A program made the translations under genes and the position numbers. From Amoebidium appalachense (taxonomy: Eukaryota > Protista > Ichthyosporea), in contig CAVNZM010000004.1 in the NCBI GenBank assembly GCA_963693365.1, forward strand, positions 764,448 through 828,447: a DNA stretch of 64,000 nucleotides, written 5' to 3'. Of this stretch, positions 20,708 to 39,289 are shown piece by piece; within the stretch, counting starts at the first letter, position 1; the number at the start of each line of letters is the position of its first letter. Under the pieces are notes generated by a model. It had not been told where the DNA came from. It searched no databases and worked only from the letters and a program-made list of their open reading frames with translations.

Positions 20708-23691
20708 GGGGGGGGGAGGGGGGGGAGGGGGGGGGGGGGGGGGGGAGGGGGGGAGGGAGGGGGGGCTTGCAAGGGCTTGGCAAATGCATGCACATGGGCG
20801 TGTGAATATGTGGCTGAACGGTGTGGCAGGCAGGCACTGTGTGCATGTACACGGACTGCCTGACCACACAACCAGAGCCAGGGACATGGACACATGCATG
20901 CAGCCACACACAAGCCCAAGGGCCCACGTGTGTTTCCACGAACACGTGCATTCTGACCCCTCCTCTGCCCATCACCCGTGACCCCCTCTCCCCCTCCCCA
21001 CTCTCCCTAACCACTAACACGCGCGCACACACTCAAGCACCCCCTCCCCCCCCCCCCTCCCCCATCACCCCCATTCCCCACACACCTGTGCACGCACGCA
21101 CACACACACACACATGCATGTGCGCGCATATACCCACACGCATGCACACAGACAAACCACCACAGACACCACACGCACACACATGTGCACCAACAAACTT
21201 CCCCCCCCTCCCCCCCCCCCACACACACACAAGCGAGCGTACACACAAACACACACACGCCCCCCCCCCCTCCCCCCGCCCCCCCCCCCACACACATACT
21301 CTGGCACGAGTCTGGGTCAATTCCGTCCGTGTTGTGTCCGTCTCTGGCCGGGGCTGATACGATCAGATGGCCCACGTCAATGTTGCGGCTAAACAAGAGG
21401 TGTACGGTCCAGAATGGAGAGTCTGTGGCCCGGCCCGACTCGTTAGTGTGACCAGGAAGACAAGAGCACAGGTTCAGAACAGGGGTTGATAGGGACGGAG
21501 CGGGTGGAGGGCAGGGGGGAGGGGAGGGGAGGGGGGGGGGGGGCAGGGGGCGGGGGCATTAAGGTGTGTTACTGATACTGAGTACGAAGCACACACTCAC
21601 GACGGACAACAAAATGCAGATTTTGCAAAGAATATATAAAGAAAAGTGTGCTTCATAAGCAGAGCCGATCCTCAAGAGGGGGGGACCAATTCTTCCACAT
21701 TACCCGAGCTTCGGCCCATTCACCAATGGAGGGGTGGGGTTGGAGCGGGGGAGGGGGGACGGTGAATGTGTGTGTTTCTGTGTGTATGCGTGCTTGCTTG
21801 CGTGAATGCGTTGCAATGGTTTGCGAACATAATGCTGTGTCGGTTTGAGCGTGTGTACGTGCATGTGAATATATCCATATATCGATTTACACCTACCCCA
21901 GCCCAGACATATGCAAACATATTTACATGCATACACCCACCCGCCCGTTCCCCCTTGAACCACATACCACCACAAACATTCCCACCCTTTTATGCTCACA
22001 TGGTTATCTCATCCAGTGTTCGTTCCTAAGTGAATCTCTTCTGATCCAATTGGGTTCTTTTCGAGCGAGAGTGTGGGTGGGGTGAGAGGGGGGAGGGGAC
22101 GGGGGTTTGAATGTGTCAAAAGTACGAAGTGCTCGCAAACAATGGATAACACGATGCAGAGTGCAAACCATACACAAAGAGTATGCATAATAAGCAGAGC
22201 CCATCCTCAGGGGGGGCCCAGGTCATCCACAGTACCCGAGTTTCGACCCATTCACCTCGTTAACGAAACCCAACTCAAATACTATTTCACTTGAACATGG
22301 GTGGGTCACCCGTCTTGATCAGAGACGAGCAGGGTTGTGTATGCGAGCACGCAACAGGCAAGGGCAGTGGGAAAGGCCGGGAGGGGGCGGCGGGGGGAGG
22401 GGGGGGGAGGGGGGGGGGAGGGAGGGGGGGGGGGGGGGGGGGGTTTGATCCATACTCTTTACATTAAGGTCTGAAAGGGTTAAACCGTCCACCCATGCAA
22501 GGCCCAGCAGGGTGGGCCGGAGACGACCCTCCGGGCCTCGATAGGATGGCCACCAATGGCTGCCCTGCCCGTCGATCGTGCCCCCTCCTGATTGGATAGG
22601 AATCACGGTTGGCACGTGGTATTTAACCTATCATTTTTAATTATTCATTTCATCGGCAGTATGGACATTCAACTGTGTGATGCAGGTAGTGAATTTCTTT
22701 CCATTGACCTCTAGCTTACTGTCTCTCTATCTATTGCTTGTGCCCACCTGCTCATTTACCAATTGAAATCTTATTCTTCCCACATGAAGTTACACTTTTA
22801 GCACGAAGACAAAAAAAAAAAGAAAGAAACAAAAACCCCAACGATTGATGAAACACAGCGGTATCTAGGATTATGGAGGACAGGATAGAAAAAACATAAA
22901 ACACTTGGAAAGAACAAAGGTTGGACGCAGGGACCACAAACTGCGCCTGGGGGGGTGGGGAGGATGGGGGGAGGGGAGGGGGGGGGGGGGGGGGGGGGGG
23001 GAGGGCATGTGGACCTGTTATGGTTATATTTGTGAGCTTTCTCCACTCAGCACACCAGTCACCAACACCGGCACGGGAATCATCAAGACGCAGGCACCGG
23101 CCAGCATTGATCAGAGCTGGGGGAGGGGGGGTGTGGGAGAAGGGGGGGGGGGGGGGCAGGGGGGAAATAAGTATGAGTGTGTTGGGCCGGGGCGGGGCGG
23201 GTGGTGGGGGGAGGGGGGGAGAGGGAGATAGATGTGTGTTTATGGGGAGGAGCCGGGGGGAAGGGAGGGGTAAAGTGCACAACAGAGTATGCAGTACATA
23301 CACATTCATGACGGACAACACATTGCAAAGTGCATAGCACACATACGAGTATGCATAATCGTTTTTTTGTGCGGGGGAGGGAGGTGATGGTGGTAGGGGG
23401 AGGGGGGAGAGTGTTGGGGGGAGGGGGGGGGGGGGGGGGGGGGGTTGTTGTGGGGAAAAGAAACTGCCAGACAGAGAGGGTGAGGGTCGAGGGGGGGGGG
23501 GGGGGGGGGGGGGGGGACTGGCTAGCTTTATGTTGTGTGTGTGTGCGTGCGCGTGTGCGTGTGCATGTGCGCGTGCATATGTGTGTGTGTGTGCGTGTAC
23601 CTATGCCTGTGACTGTGTGTGTGTGTATGCGTGCGCGCGTGTGCGCACGCCTGTATGTGTATGTGTGTGTTTGTATGTGTGCGCACGCACG

Positions 23692-23733
<42 letters not shown>

Positions 23734-24150
23734 TGTGTGTGTGGGTGTGTGCACCAAGAGGGAAGAACCTCGGGTGCGGAAGATAGGGGGTAGGGGGATT
23801 ATGTGAGTGTGAATTGGAGAGGAAGGAGGGGCCGGGTAGAATCCAATAGGGAAGAACAGGCAGGCGCTTTGGGTATGGGGAACGTACACGGGCACGCAAA
23901 AGGGGGGGGGGGGGAGAGGGGGGGAGGGGGGGGGGAGGGGGGGGGGGAGGGGGGGGACAACACACAAGCATGCTTGACCATCATGGTGCCCTCTGATCGG
24001 GTGTATGTGTCGGGGTAGTCGGCCTTATTGGGTGACCCAAGCAGGGTGCTGCCTGCAAGACACGTGTGTTGGCGCGGATGGACAAGAAGGGGAGAATCGG
24101 AAAGGGGGGGGGAAGGGGGGGGGGGGGGACGAGGGAACAAAAAAAAAAAA

Positions 24151-24183
<33 letters not shown>

Positions 24184-24336
24184 AGGAGAGGGGTGGGAGT
24201 GGCTGCAGATGTGCTACCTTGTGTTTGTGTGTGTGCAAAGATACGAGTGTGTGTGTTTGTCCCTGTGCATGTGCCAGTGGGCCTGTGTGTGTATGTGCAC
24301 GAAGGTGCATGGATGAGTGCGGGTTTCCGTATGTAT

Positions 24337-24371
<35 letters not shown>

Positions 24372-24765
24372 GGGGGGGGGGGGGGGGAGGGGGGGGGGGT
24401 AAGAGGATGTGTAAGGTTGTGCAGGTGCGTATTTAGCGTGTGTGCTTCTGCACGTGGGCCCCTGTTTTGTTCGTCTCCGTAAGAGGTTGTGTCGGTGGAT
24501 GCGTGCCTCGGGTCCGTGATAATGTGTACTGCCTCACTTACACAGGCAGGAGAATAAACGATGGAAATGGCCGGTGTATTTTTTTTTTGGGTGTGTGTGT
24601 GTGGGTGTGTGTGTGGGGGTGGGGGGTGGGGGTGGGGGTGGGGGGGCAGGGAGGGGGGGGGGGGGGGGGGGGAAGATAGCGTGGATGTGTGGTTGTGGGG
24701 TGTGTGTGGGGGGTGGAGGGGGGGGAGGGGGGAGGGGGAAGGGGCTGAATGCGTCATAGAGTACT

Positions 24766-24806
<41 letters not shown>

Positions 24807-25979
24807 AGCTACCCCTGCCAATGTCCAGAATAATATTGGAGGCCAGCCATAGGGACCCAGTCAGATAGGTGCCACTCTTGGCTGCAACCACAACACGACC
24901 GCCCCCGGCAGCCTTAAATACAGACAATGGTCAGTAATAAAGGAAGAAAAGAGGTGTGGGTGAGAGGTCAAAGATCACTAGCAATCAAAAGGATAGTGGA
25001 GAATGGTGCTTGTTTCTTTCAAAAGCCTGTGTGTAGTGACTAGTTGTTGACAGGGAAGGCACACACAAGGTACACAGGCACACAGGCACACAGGCACACA
25101 GGCACACAGGCACACAGGCACACAGGCATACAGGACGTGTGTGTGCACTTCGACACCATCCACACAAAGAAACCTTCCTCACACGCACATAGCTACACAT
25201 ACCAGGACACGCACAAAGAACCCTGCACATACCCACACATGCCAGCACGCCCACACATAGACCCCGTCAGTCACAAGTGGCATACATCTGGCCACAGAGA
25301 ACGCGCGTAGACGGCCCCCGAGGGCAACAGTGTGAGGGTTCAAACACCTGCCTTCCCCCCTTTCCCCCCCCCCCCACCTTTCCGCGCCTCCCCCCCTCCC
25401 ACCCCCCCCCCCCCCCTCCCCGCCCTGCCCTTTCCTGTTCGATTCAACCTATCTAAACGGCTGACTTGCAGTTCTAAGGCAGCATAAACACACACCAAGC
25501 AGGCACCCGCTCAGAGGACTAGACAGATCTGCTCCCTAACCACAACCACATTCACGATTGCAAGCCCAGTGAGCAAACTGTGGGGGAAAGGAAAAGGCCC
25601 AACCCGGGTGGGGGCGAGGGGGGGAGGGGAGGGAGGGGTAGGGGGGGGGGACGGGGGGGGGAAGCGGAGGCCGGGGGAGACGGGGGGGAAGGGGATCGTA
25701 CGACATGCAAGTTCACGCGGATAAGGTCTTGCAAGAGGACACGATGTACAACAGAAGTAAAGTCGTTATCAAAGGAGGGCCAAGTAAACAATATTATCAT
25801 AGCGTGGCTAAGGGGAGGAGGCACGGGCACACCTCTGCGTCGTTTATGGCCCTCTGTATGAACTCCGTGTTGAGCGTCACACCGTCTCCCTTAGCACCGT
25901 AGTCTCTGATGTCAAAGGTGCCTCCCCCCCATGCACCGCCCCACCCGAACACCACCACAAGAAACGCCGTGAACTTCAT
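15824..25979 (-). CDS. Glycoside hydrolase family 28 (polygalacturonase-like) with signal peptide, Ser/Thr stalk, one TM helix and a cytoplasmic tail
   Basis: Exons 25979-25833, 24912-24813, 24052-23966, 23116-23015, 22587-22456, 21422-21300, 20473-20418, 19698-19637, 19130-19078, 18578-18407, 17319-17153, 16332-15824. Motifs: FDIRDYGAKGDG, GGTIDGQG, SPFWTVH, NTDGIDPDS, GDDCIAIKSG, GHGAITIGSEMSG, RLKT..GRGG. TM segment MVYIVVPAVTIVLGTVLCLG is followed by RRGRR. Confidence 0.92.
17588..18181. mobile_element. MITE (~594 bp) inserted into a copy of the intronic repeat
   Basis: Termini TATA-GACCGGTTTAGA...TCTAAATTGGTC-TATA are imperfect TIRs. Removing the element restores gaatgtgtTATAgattacgaagc, matching the repeat consensus gaatgtgttataaagtacgaag. 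Confidence 0.8.
22100..22315 (-). repeat. Intronic dispersed ~210-bp repeat, best-conserved copy (GH28 intron)
   Basis: Near-full-length match to 34135-34390. Partial copies at ~16975-17100, 17570-18270 (split by the MITE), 21560-21725, 23270-23360, 33465-33565, 35340-35450 and 57195-57272. Confidence 0.85.
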
Positions 25980-26820
25980 GTTGTACACGCTGGATGCAGC
26001 CGTATACTAGCCGTTATTAAACTATATTCAAGGTCTGTGAACTCGCAATACCTCCATCATGGGACTTAAGTAAAGTACACACGACACAGGTGACGGTCAG
26101 AGGTGAGGCCTATGCAACTTTGGTTTCTAGTATCATCAGTCCCAGCCTCTTTGCTCTAGTAGTCTACACCAGCAGCTCAAAAGAGGTATTGGTGGGCTGC
26201 TTTAAAACCAAGTTTTTTGGGGGGTGCTTAGTCTCGGCCTTTGGAACTGAGTTCGGGTTGATCACGGTGTTCTCTGAGACTGTTCGTGTGCTCAGCTGTG
26301 TTGCTCAACTTGCTCTTGGTTGCAGCGCTGCAGGCGCCGGCTGCGTGGGATTGTGCGCACTCCGGCTTTTCATTGGTTTACATTATTTAGGTTTGCCTAT
26401 TTTAGGTTAAACGTGTTTTAGTAAGCCAATCGAAACACTCATTCGCACTTTCCAAGATTTTGACTCACTGACCAGCGAGTACATACACCGGTGACAGTCA
26501 CTCAGTTGAACAAGCATAACAAAAGGAGCACTGGCACAGGTGTGTGTTTTTGTATGTGTGTGTGTGTGTGTGTGCTTGAGCTGTGAGCATGTGTGTGCGC
26601 GTGTGCACGTGCACATGTGTGTGTATACATGTAGTAGTGTGCACGTGCACGTGTGTGTTTTAGTGTGTGCGCGCGCACGCAAGCGTGTGCGGGTGCATGT
26701 GTCGTGCGTCACGGTGGTCATGTGTCCATCTCGTTGACGTAGCTATAGCGTTGTCCGGCTTGCACGTGTGTTTTTTTTGTGGACATGTCCCCCCTGTACA
26801 GGGGGACATTTTAAACCTCT

Positions 26821-27063
26821 AACGATATTAGTTGCATTCTTGCGTACTTGCAATTGTAACTGCAGTTGAACATGTACATGAGCGTACACATGGAAGTAAT
26901 ATATATTAATGTCTGTTACAAACTTCTGGTACTCAAGTGCCCCAAACGATATTAGTTGCATTCTTGCGTACTTGCAATTGTAACTGCAGTTGAACATGTA
27001 CATGAGCGTACACATGGAAGTAATATTAATGTCTGTTACAAACTTCTGGTACTCAAGTGCCCC
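26821..27063. repeat. Near-perfect ~124-bp tandem duplication preceded by a near-palindrome (26785-26809)
   Basis: aacgatattagttgcattcttgcg...actcaagtgccc occurs at 26821 and again at 26945. Confidence 0.92.
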
Positions 27064-28227
27064 GCTTGCCGACAAGGAGCTGTTTAGGAGCAGCACCGTT
27101 GGCAACATTATGTGCCAGCCGCTGCTACTCGACTCGAGTGTCGCTGGTGGGCTGCTGTAGGAGCTCGATTCATCGATTCATGGGTGCGAAGCGCTATGGT
27201 GCTGTGCACACGCACTGCCAAGCGGCTTGGACATGCAAACAGCAAGCACTTTCGGAAACATGTTCTATCTTTAGGCCACTGAAAGAAAAACCACCTGCTT
27301 AGTTGATCAGTACAACTGATATTGTGCCAGCCCTTATGCCAATCAGAGGACTGTTGAGATCTAAGCTAGATCTGTACATGACAGGATGCCAATGTGATTG
27401 AGGCTATTCTCGGTTTAAATATTGTTTTTAGATTCTTTTCAGTGGTTGGCGGAATAGCGGGACGAAGCAAATCTATTTATCGATCATCACAAGGATGTGT
27501 AAGTCATCGTTCAAATTTGATCCATCATCTCAAATATGTTGCAGTTTCCACCTCTGTCTTATGATATTAATTACATTGGAAGCTATTTGATATAATCGCT
27601 ATGTTTATAGTCTCCACCTCTCTAGAAAATCTAACGGGCTGTGCGGTCTTAAGCTTTGTATGCTATGATTCAGAATTTCGATATGTTTGCACCATCTCTC
27701 TTGTTTGGGTAGATTCTACCAATCACGTAATGAAGATTTGCGGGTTCGATATCAACAAGTGATGACCAGCAACCTCAAAGGATGGAGATCAATAATAATA
27801 CGAAGAAAATTAATAAGAAACTTGCATGATGCTCAAAAATACTGTTTTTTACTTTTTTTCTGCCATATTCTATAATCAAATTTAGTGGCTATAAAGCCAC
27901 AGGCCTAAAATTCGTCAAGCCATGACACACACCAATATCGATCTGTATATCACTCTCAGCTATCATCAGCATATATGCTTGCTCTCAGATCCAGGGAGGG
28001 TACATAAACCGCTGCCAGCCCATCGTCCACCTCAGTGCCCCGGTGCGACTGTTGTGCAAAGACACACTTAGAACTTTTAATATTCCGAGTTCCGAAGTAT
28101 ATAGCTTACGTAGTCACTTGCAAGCCGTGGTTCGAGGCAGTGGCACAAATTCACAAAACCTTTTTTTGTTTCACCTTTTCGGAGAAAGCAAGCACTTGAA
28201 AATCCATAATCCTTAGCAGGCACCACA

Positions 28228-29481
28228 ATGTTTGCTATACTGCAACTCACACGGGCGCTAGCCCTAGTAAACAGCACCACCAGTTCCACTACCTACCCCG
28301 ATACTCGGTGCCAACCAGCAAGCAGTTGCCTAATCACTTGTGCGGGGGCAGATAACATTTGCTTCAACACACTCGGCGAGGCAGTGAGTGCATGCCCAGA
28401 CTACGGCTCTGTGCGCATTAATGGCGATATTGTTGTAACGAATGAAACTTCCTTCGACAAGAACCTTTTCTTTGTAGGCTGCTCTGTTCCTTCGCCGCGT
28501 GTTGTCGCCGATTTCAACATCACAGACGGTGGTATGCTCAGGACAAACATGTCATGGAAATACACTGGTTTCACCAACCTTGCATTTGAGCGAAGGGTGC
28601 CTACGGATGGCAGCCAAACCTTCTCCACCGTTCTTCGCACCACTGAGTTGGGTAACGGTGAATGGCCGGCAAAGGTAGAAGAGGGCCCTGTGTTTTTGAC
28701 GATTGCCGACTGTTCATTCCGCAACTTCCTAACCCTTGCACGTGGCGGTGCAGCCATTTTCTTGGGTCGTGCCGGCAACGTAACTATCGTTAACACACTG
28801 TTTGAGAATAACGTTGTGCTTGATGGTGGTAAGCGTTGGGATGGTGGTGGAACTATCTGGATTCGCGAGCTCCCCGCTGGCCACGGTAAGATCAACATCA
28901 ACAACTCTACGTTCAGAAACAACAGACACTACTTCCCGCACAGCCAGGGTGCTGCCCTTTTTTGTGGTTACTGCATCGGTGACGTGACGGTAACAAACTC
29001 ACTTTTCGATAGCAACATGGCGTCGGGTGGTGCGAGCATTTACATGCAGGACTCCTATGGGAAAAACTACATTCAGGGCACGTTCGTCAATAACCTCGCC
29101 CACGAGTTCGGCTGGGGGTCTCGTGGTGGTGCTTTGTGGATTCAGTGGATTGCAGGCACAACCGTTATCGATGGATACTTTGCAAACAACACGGCTGACC
29201 AGGACCGTGCTGGTGTGCTTGCCTGCAACGGTATCACCGGCTATTTGAGCATGAAGGGAACTTTCCTGGACAACAAGTGCAACAAGGAGAACACGGGTGC
29301 ACTTTTGGATGTGCTTGGTAGCACCGGGTTTGCTAAGGGTGCCACTATTGTGATTGAGGGTGGGAGCACGATTAAGGGGAACAGGGCTTTTGGTACTGAT
29401 CGCCTGATCCGCACGACTGTTAATCCTATTGCTTACCATGAGTCTCAGTGGAAGGGACAGACGGTTACGTTTAAGGCGTAA
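28228..29481 (+). CDS. Intronless 417-aa right-handed beta-helix (pectin-lyase-like / Pmp-type GGA-FxxN repeat) protein, probably secreted
   Basis: Uninterrupted, non-low-complexity ORF. Recurring FxxN and GG(A/T)(I/L) motifs (RGGAAIF, FENN, GGGTIW, FRNN, QGAALF, FDSN.ASGGASIY, FVNN, RGGALW, FANN, FLDN). Hydrophobic N-terminus followed by a Cys-rich cap. Confidence 0.8.
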   Translation: MFAILQLTRALALVNSTTSSTTYPDTRCQPASSCLITCAGADNICFNTLGEAVSACPDYGSVRINGDIVVTNETSFDKNLFFVGCSVPSPRVVADFNITDGGMLRTNMSWKYTGFTNLAFERRVPTDGSQTFSTVLRTTELGNGEWPAKVEEGPVFLTIADCSFRNFLTLARGGAAIFLGRAGNVTIVNTLFENNVVLDGGKRWDGGGTIWIRELPAGHGKININNSTFRNNRHYFPHSQGAALFCGYCIGDVTVTNSLFDSNMASGGASIYMQDSYGKNYIQGTFVNNLAHEFGWGSRGGALWIQWIAGTTVIDGYFANNTADQDRAGVLACNGITGYLSMKGTFLDNKCNKENTGALLDVLGSTGFAKGATIVIEGGSTIKGNRAFGTDRLIRTTVNPIAYHESQWKGQTVTFKA

Positions 29482-31690
29482 GCATCCATAAGTAGTTCAA
29501 TGATGCACGTGTTTTTTGCTCGATATATAGTACATAGCAACCTCGCCCTGTTGAGATGATAAGTTTTAACCCCTGTAGTGTTAACATGAATGTACATAGG
29601 TTCCGAACTGTGAATCAGATGCAATGCAGACTGCCGCGATTTATTGCTAGATATTTTTTAATGTTGTGAACCACCAGCTAGAACGTAAAAAGACTTTTAA
29701 AATGCACCGTCTGTGACGGAGGCCCATGAAATAGTGATTAAAAAATCTTCCTCCAGAGCCTTTTGAATATGATGTCTTATTCCGCAGCCAAATTTTTTGT
29801 GTACCCTGCGACATGTCTGCGTTGTGGTGACTAAGTTGCGTGCCCCTCTACTGCAGTGCTCTTCATCTTCTCCTCCTGACCCCCCTCCACCTCTTTCCCC
29901 CCCCCCCTTTCCGGCTCCCCCTCCTCCCTTTCCCCCCGGCCCCCAAGCCTAACTTTGACTACCATCACCACCACTCACCGCCTCAATCTCCTGCCCCCCC
30001 CCCCCTCCCCCCCCCCCTCCCCCCCCCCCCCCCCCCCCCCCACAAAAGAAAAAAAAAAAAAAAAAAGGAAAAAAAAAAAAACCTTTCCCCATGCATTGCC
30101 GCAGCCGCTCTCCGGCCAACACCACTGCCCTGGCCCACACAAACTAACCACGTCGCCATCTCCCCCCCCCCTCCCCCCACCCACCCACTCCACCCCCTCC
30201 CCTTCTTACCCCCTCCCCTCCCTGCCCCCCTCCACCTCCCCCCCCCCCCCCCCCAAAAAAAAAAAAAACACACACACCCCCCTACCCCTCTCCACACACC
30301 CACACCCACCAACCAACCCAACCATGAACCCACCCACCAACCAACCCAACCGTAAACCCACCCACCAACCCAAAATATGAGCTCACTTGCCCACACCTCT
30401 GCAGCGCCTTGTACCAAACTGCCCTTCTCCCACCCACAGGGTGCAACGACTGCATGCCCTGAGCAGACGAAGGAAGTGTCTTGCAATGCAAAACAATGCT
30501 GCGACTGTTCTATTGAATGAGCACGTGCCCAGTGGTCTGCAAGCACAGTGGAAATCCGTGTCCCAAGTACTAGCTTAGGCATATTTATACCTCCCAGCCA
30601 TCATTAGTCTCCAAAGATATGTACCCACTGGCTTACGTAAGTGGCCGGGCACTACTACGCCACGGGAAAATAAAGGAGGCCGCAGGGAAGACAGCACTCA
30701 GAGTGACTAGGCCATCATAGAGCCTCAGCCATTGAGACAAATATGCACGCATTGTGTATGATTGTATATGCACGTAAATAGTCGTGTGTCGAGTGGGAAT
30801 ATATATGTAGGAAGGTTATGCATGGGTACAGCAGTGGGAGATGGGTCAGCCAATCCCAGGAGGAGATAGGGAGTTCCCACGTCAAAGTGAGACTTAGTAA
30901 GGGTTGGGGGGGGGGGGGGTTTGGAGTTGGGGGGGGGGACGGGGGGGGGGGGAGGAGGAGGAGGAGGGGGGGGGAGGGGGGGGGGAAGGGCAAGGCCATG
31001 TGACTTCTGGATTCACAGCGCTACCCGCCAGCTTTGCGCGCGCGTACACGAACCGAAAATTTACTTGGTTTGCAATACAAGAGACAAAGGTCATCGTGCA
31101 TGTCACATAATGCCACCAGCAAGGACCTCCTGAAGAGTGTTCGGGTTTGTATGCAAATGTAACATAGGTCCCAGTGCGTGCATGTGTACTTTTTCGTGTG
31201 TGCGTGCTTGTGTGCGTGCCTAGGTGTGTGCGTGTAACTTAATGTGTTGTGTACATTTTACGGTGTGTGTATGCGTGTTTTTGCTTGTGTGTGTGTGTGT
31301 GATACGTGTGTGTGCGCCTGCGCCTGTGTACGGTGCATGGGTGGTTTTGTCAGCATGTATGTGTGCTTGTCCGCGCGCGCGCGCGCGCGCGTGTGTGTGT
31401 GCTCGTATGTGTGTTAAGTCACCCTAAAATCCCCGTTTCCTGAGGAACACCGGGAGGGGAGGAGGGGAGGGAGAGGGGGGCGGGGGGAGGGGGGGGGGGG
31501 GGGGAGGTAACTTCGTGCAATTGCGATGTGCTTATGCAATCATGAATGCGGGCTGAAACACACAGACGTAGTACTTGGGCCTAAACGGTTCTCCTGTAAA
31601 TTTGGGAAACCAGACGTTTTTGTGCAGTGCAAAGCCTTGGCCCCTAGCGGCAGCAAGGGCAAAAAATTCCAGGGGGTAGGAGGGGGGGGG

Positions 31691-31721
<31 letters not shown>

Positions 31722-31964
31722 ACACAGTTAACTGTGTACATGTACAAACAGAAAGCCGCTTTAAACAAACGGGCTGATCCGATGAGACCTATAAGCAAGT
31801 GCCAGAGACGGAAGTTTGTGGGGACCACGAGGAGGGGAGGGGGAGAGGTGAAGGGGGGGGAGGAGGGACTGGGGTAGAGGGAGAGGGGGGATCTACAGAA
31901 CATTGGCCCACAGTAAGGAAGAGGCCGATGTCTGCCTGATTATTCGTTCTTTTATTCTTGGTAT

Positions 31965-32135
31965 ATACTGGAGATATTCTGGATATATCATGTATTCAGG
32001 TTTATTGAATCGCTATGGAGCTGGGGGTGTTTTGGGGATATCACATGTATTTAGGTTTATTGATTCTTAATGTAGCTGGAGATATTTTGGATATATCACA
32101 TGCATTAATATTCATGTTTAGGTTTTATTTGTGGA
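31965..32135. repeat. Degenerate ~57-bp tandem repeat (gctggagatattytggatatatcacatg...), with a further unit at ~32696-32735
   Basis: About three units are read directly. The array resumes after the LTR-like insert. Confidence 0.6.
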
Positions 32136-32170
32136 AATTATTGACATAAATATTTTTCTGGGTAAACACG

Positions 32171-32652
32171 TAGGATGGGTGTCCGATATCAACAAGCTTC
32201 GTTTCATGTTTTTGCAGTTCGCGTTCGGCGGCCCGCATACGGGCACCTATTAGCCGATCAAAACATCAGATTCCACAGATCACTAGACCAAGTTTGATTG
32301 GCTCAGGATCAGATTTCACATAACACTAGATCGATCTTGATTGGCTCAGTTCGGTAGCCTTAGGTATATAAGCACGATAGTTTTTAGCAGATCAGCAAGC
32401 AACAAACACATCTTCTGTGTTTAGCACCTACAGCTTTACAGCTATATTTTCTTTTCACCCACCCACCTACACCCTACACTCAACCCCCATTGATCCCCAC
32501 ATACGTGCTGTTTTTTCACGGGGCGAAGACTTCCCCCGTTTTTTGGGCACAAGGACCTCACGGATCAATAAATTGATGACTGGGGGCTTGCCGCGGTTTA
32601 CAACCATTGCAGGTTCACTTTCGTCCAAGGGGATGTCCCCCTAGAGGCAACA
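32171..32652 (+). mobile_element. Putative solo LTR (~482 bp)
   Basis: Flanked by CACG direct repeats (32167-32170 and 32653-32656). Contains two gattggctcag (CCAAT) boxes, tatataag, then aataaa, and ends in ...aaca. It interrupts a tandem array. The 5' end is TA rather than the canonical TG. Confidence 0.45.
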
Positions 32653-33096
32653 CACGTCCCGGAGTAGTTTTCATAGATTACATAATTCTCAGCATAGCTG
32701 GAGTTATTCTGCGGATATATCACATGCCAAATACAATGAGACCACTGCGGTTAACAAGGCAAAAGGAACTGGAGCTCGAGTATATCGAAAAAGTCATCCC
32801 CCAGTGTATCATTATATAATGTGGTGAACATTTGGCAAATTTGAGTACACTAACTTAACTGCGCGATCCTGTAAAAATGCAACACACAAAAACTTTGAAA
32901 CCCTGTCCGATTCACACCGTCATTCTTTGCATCTTTGGGGCGACCGTCGGACCATGACAGTGGGTAGGATTGATAGTCTATCAACATCGAGGTAGTACAC
33001 TTCATTATGCATTTTCAAATATATCACACACGTAGATATCCGCAACTCTGAAAATCACACATTTTCGAAATAGCACAAACGTATATATCTGTAATT

Positions 33097-39289
<6,193 letters not shown>

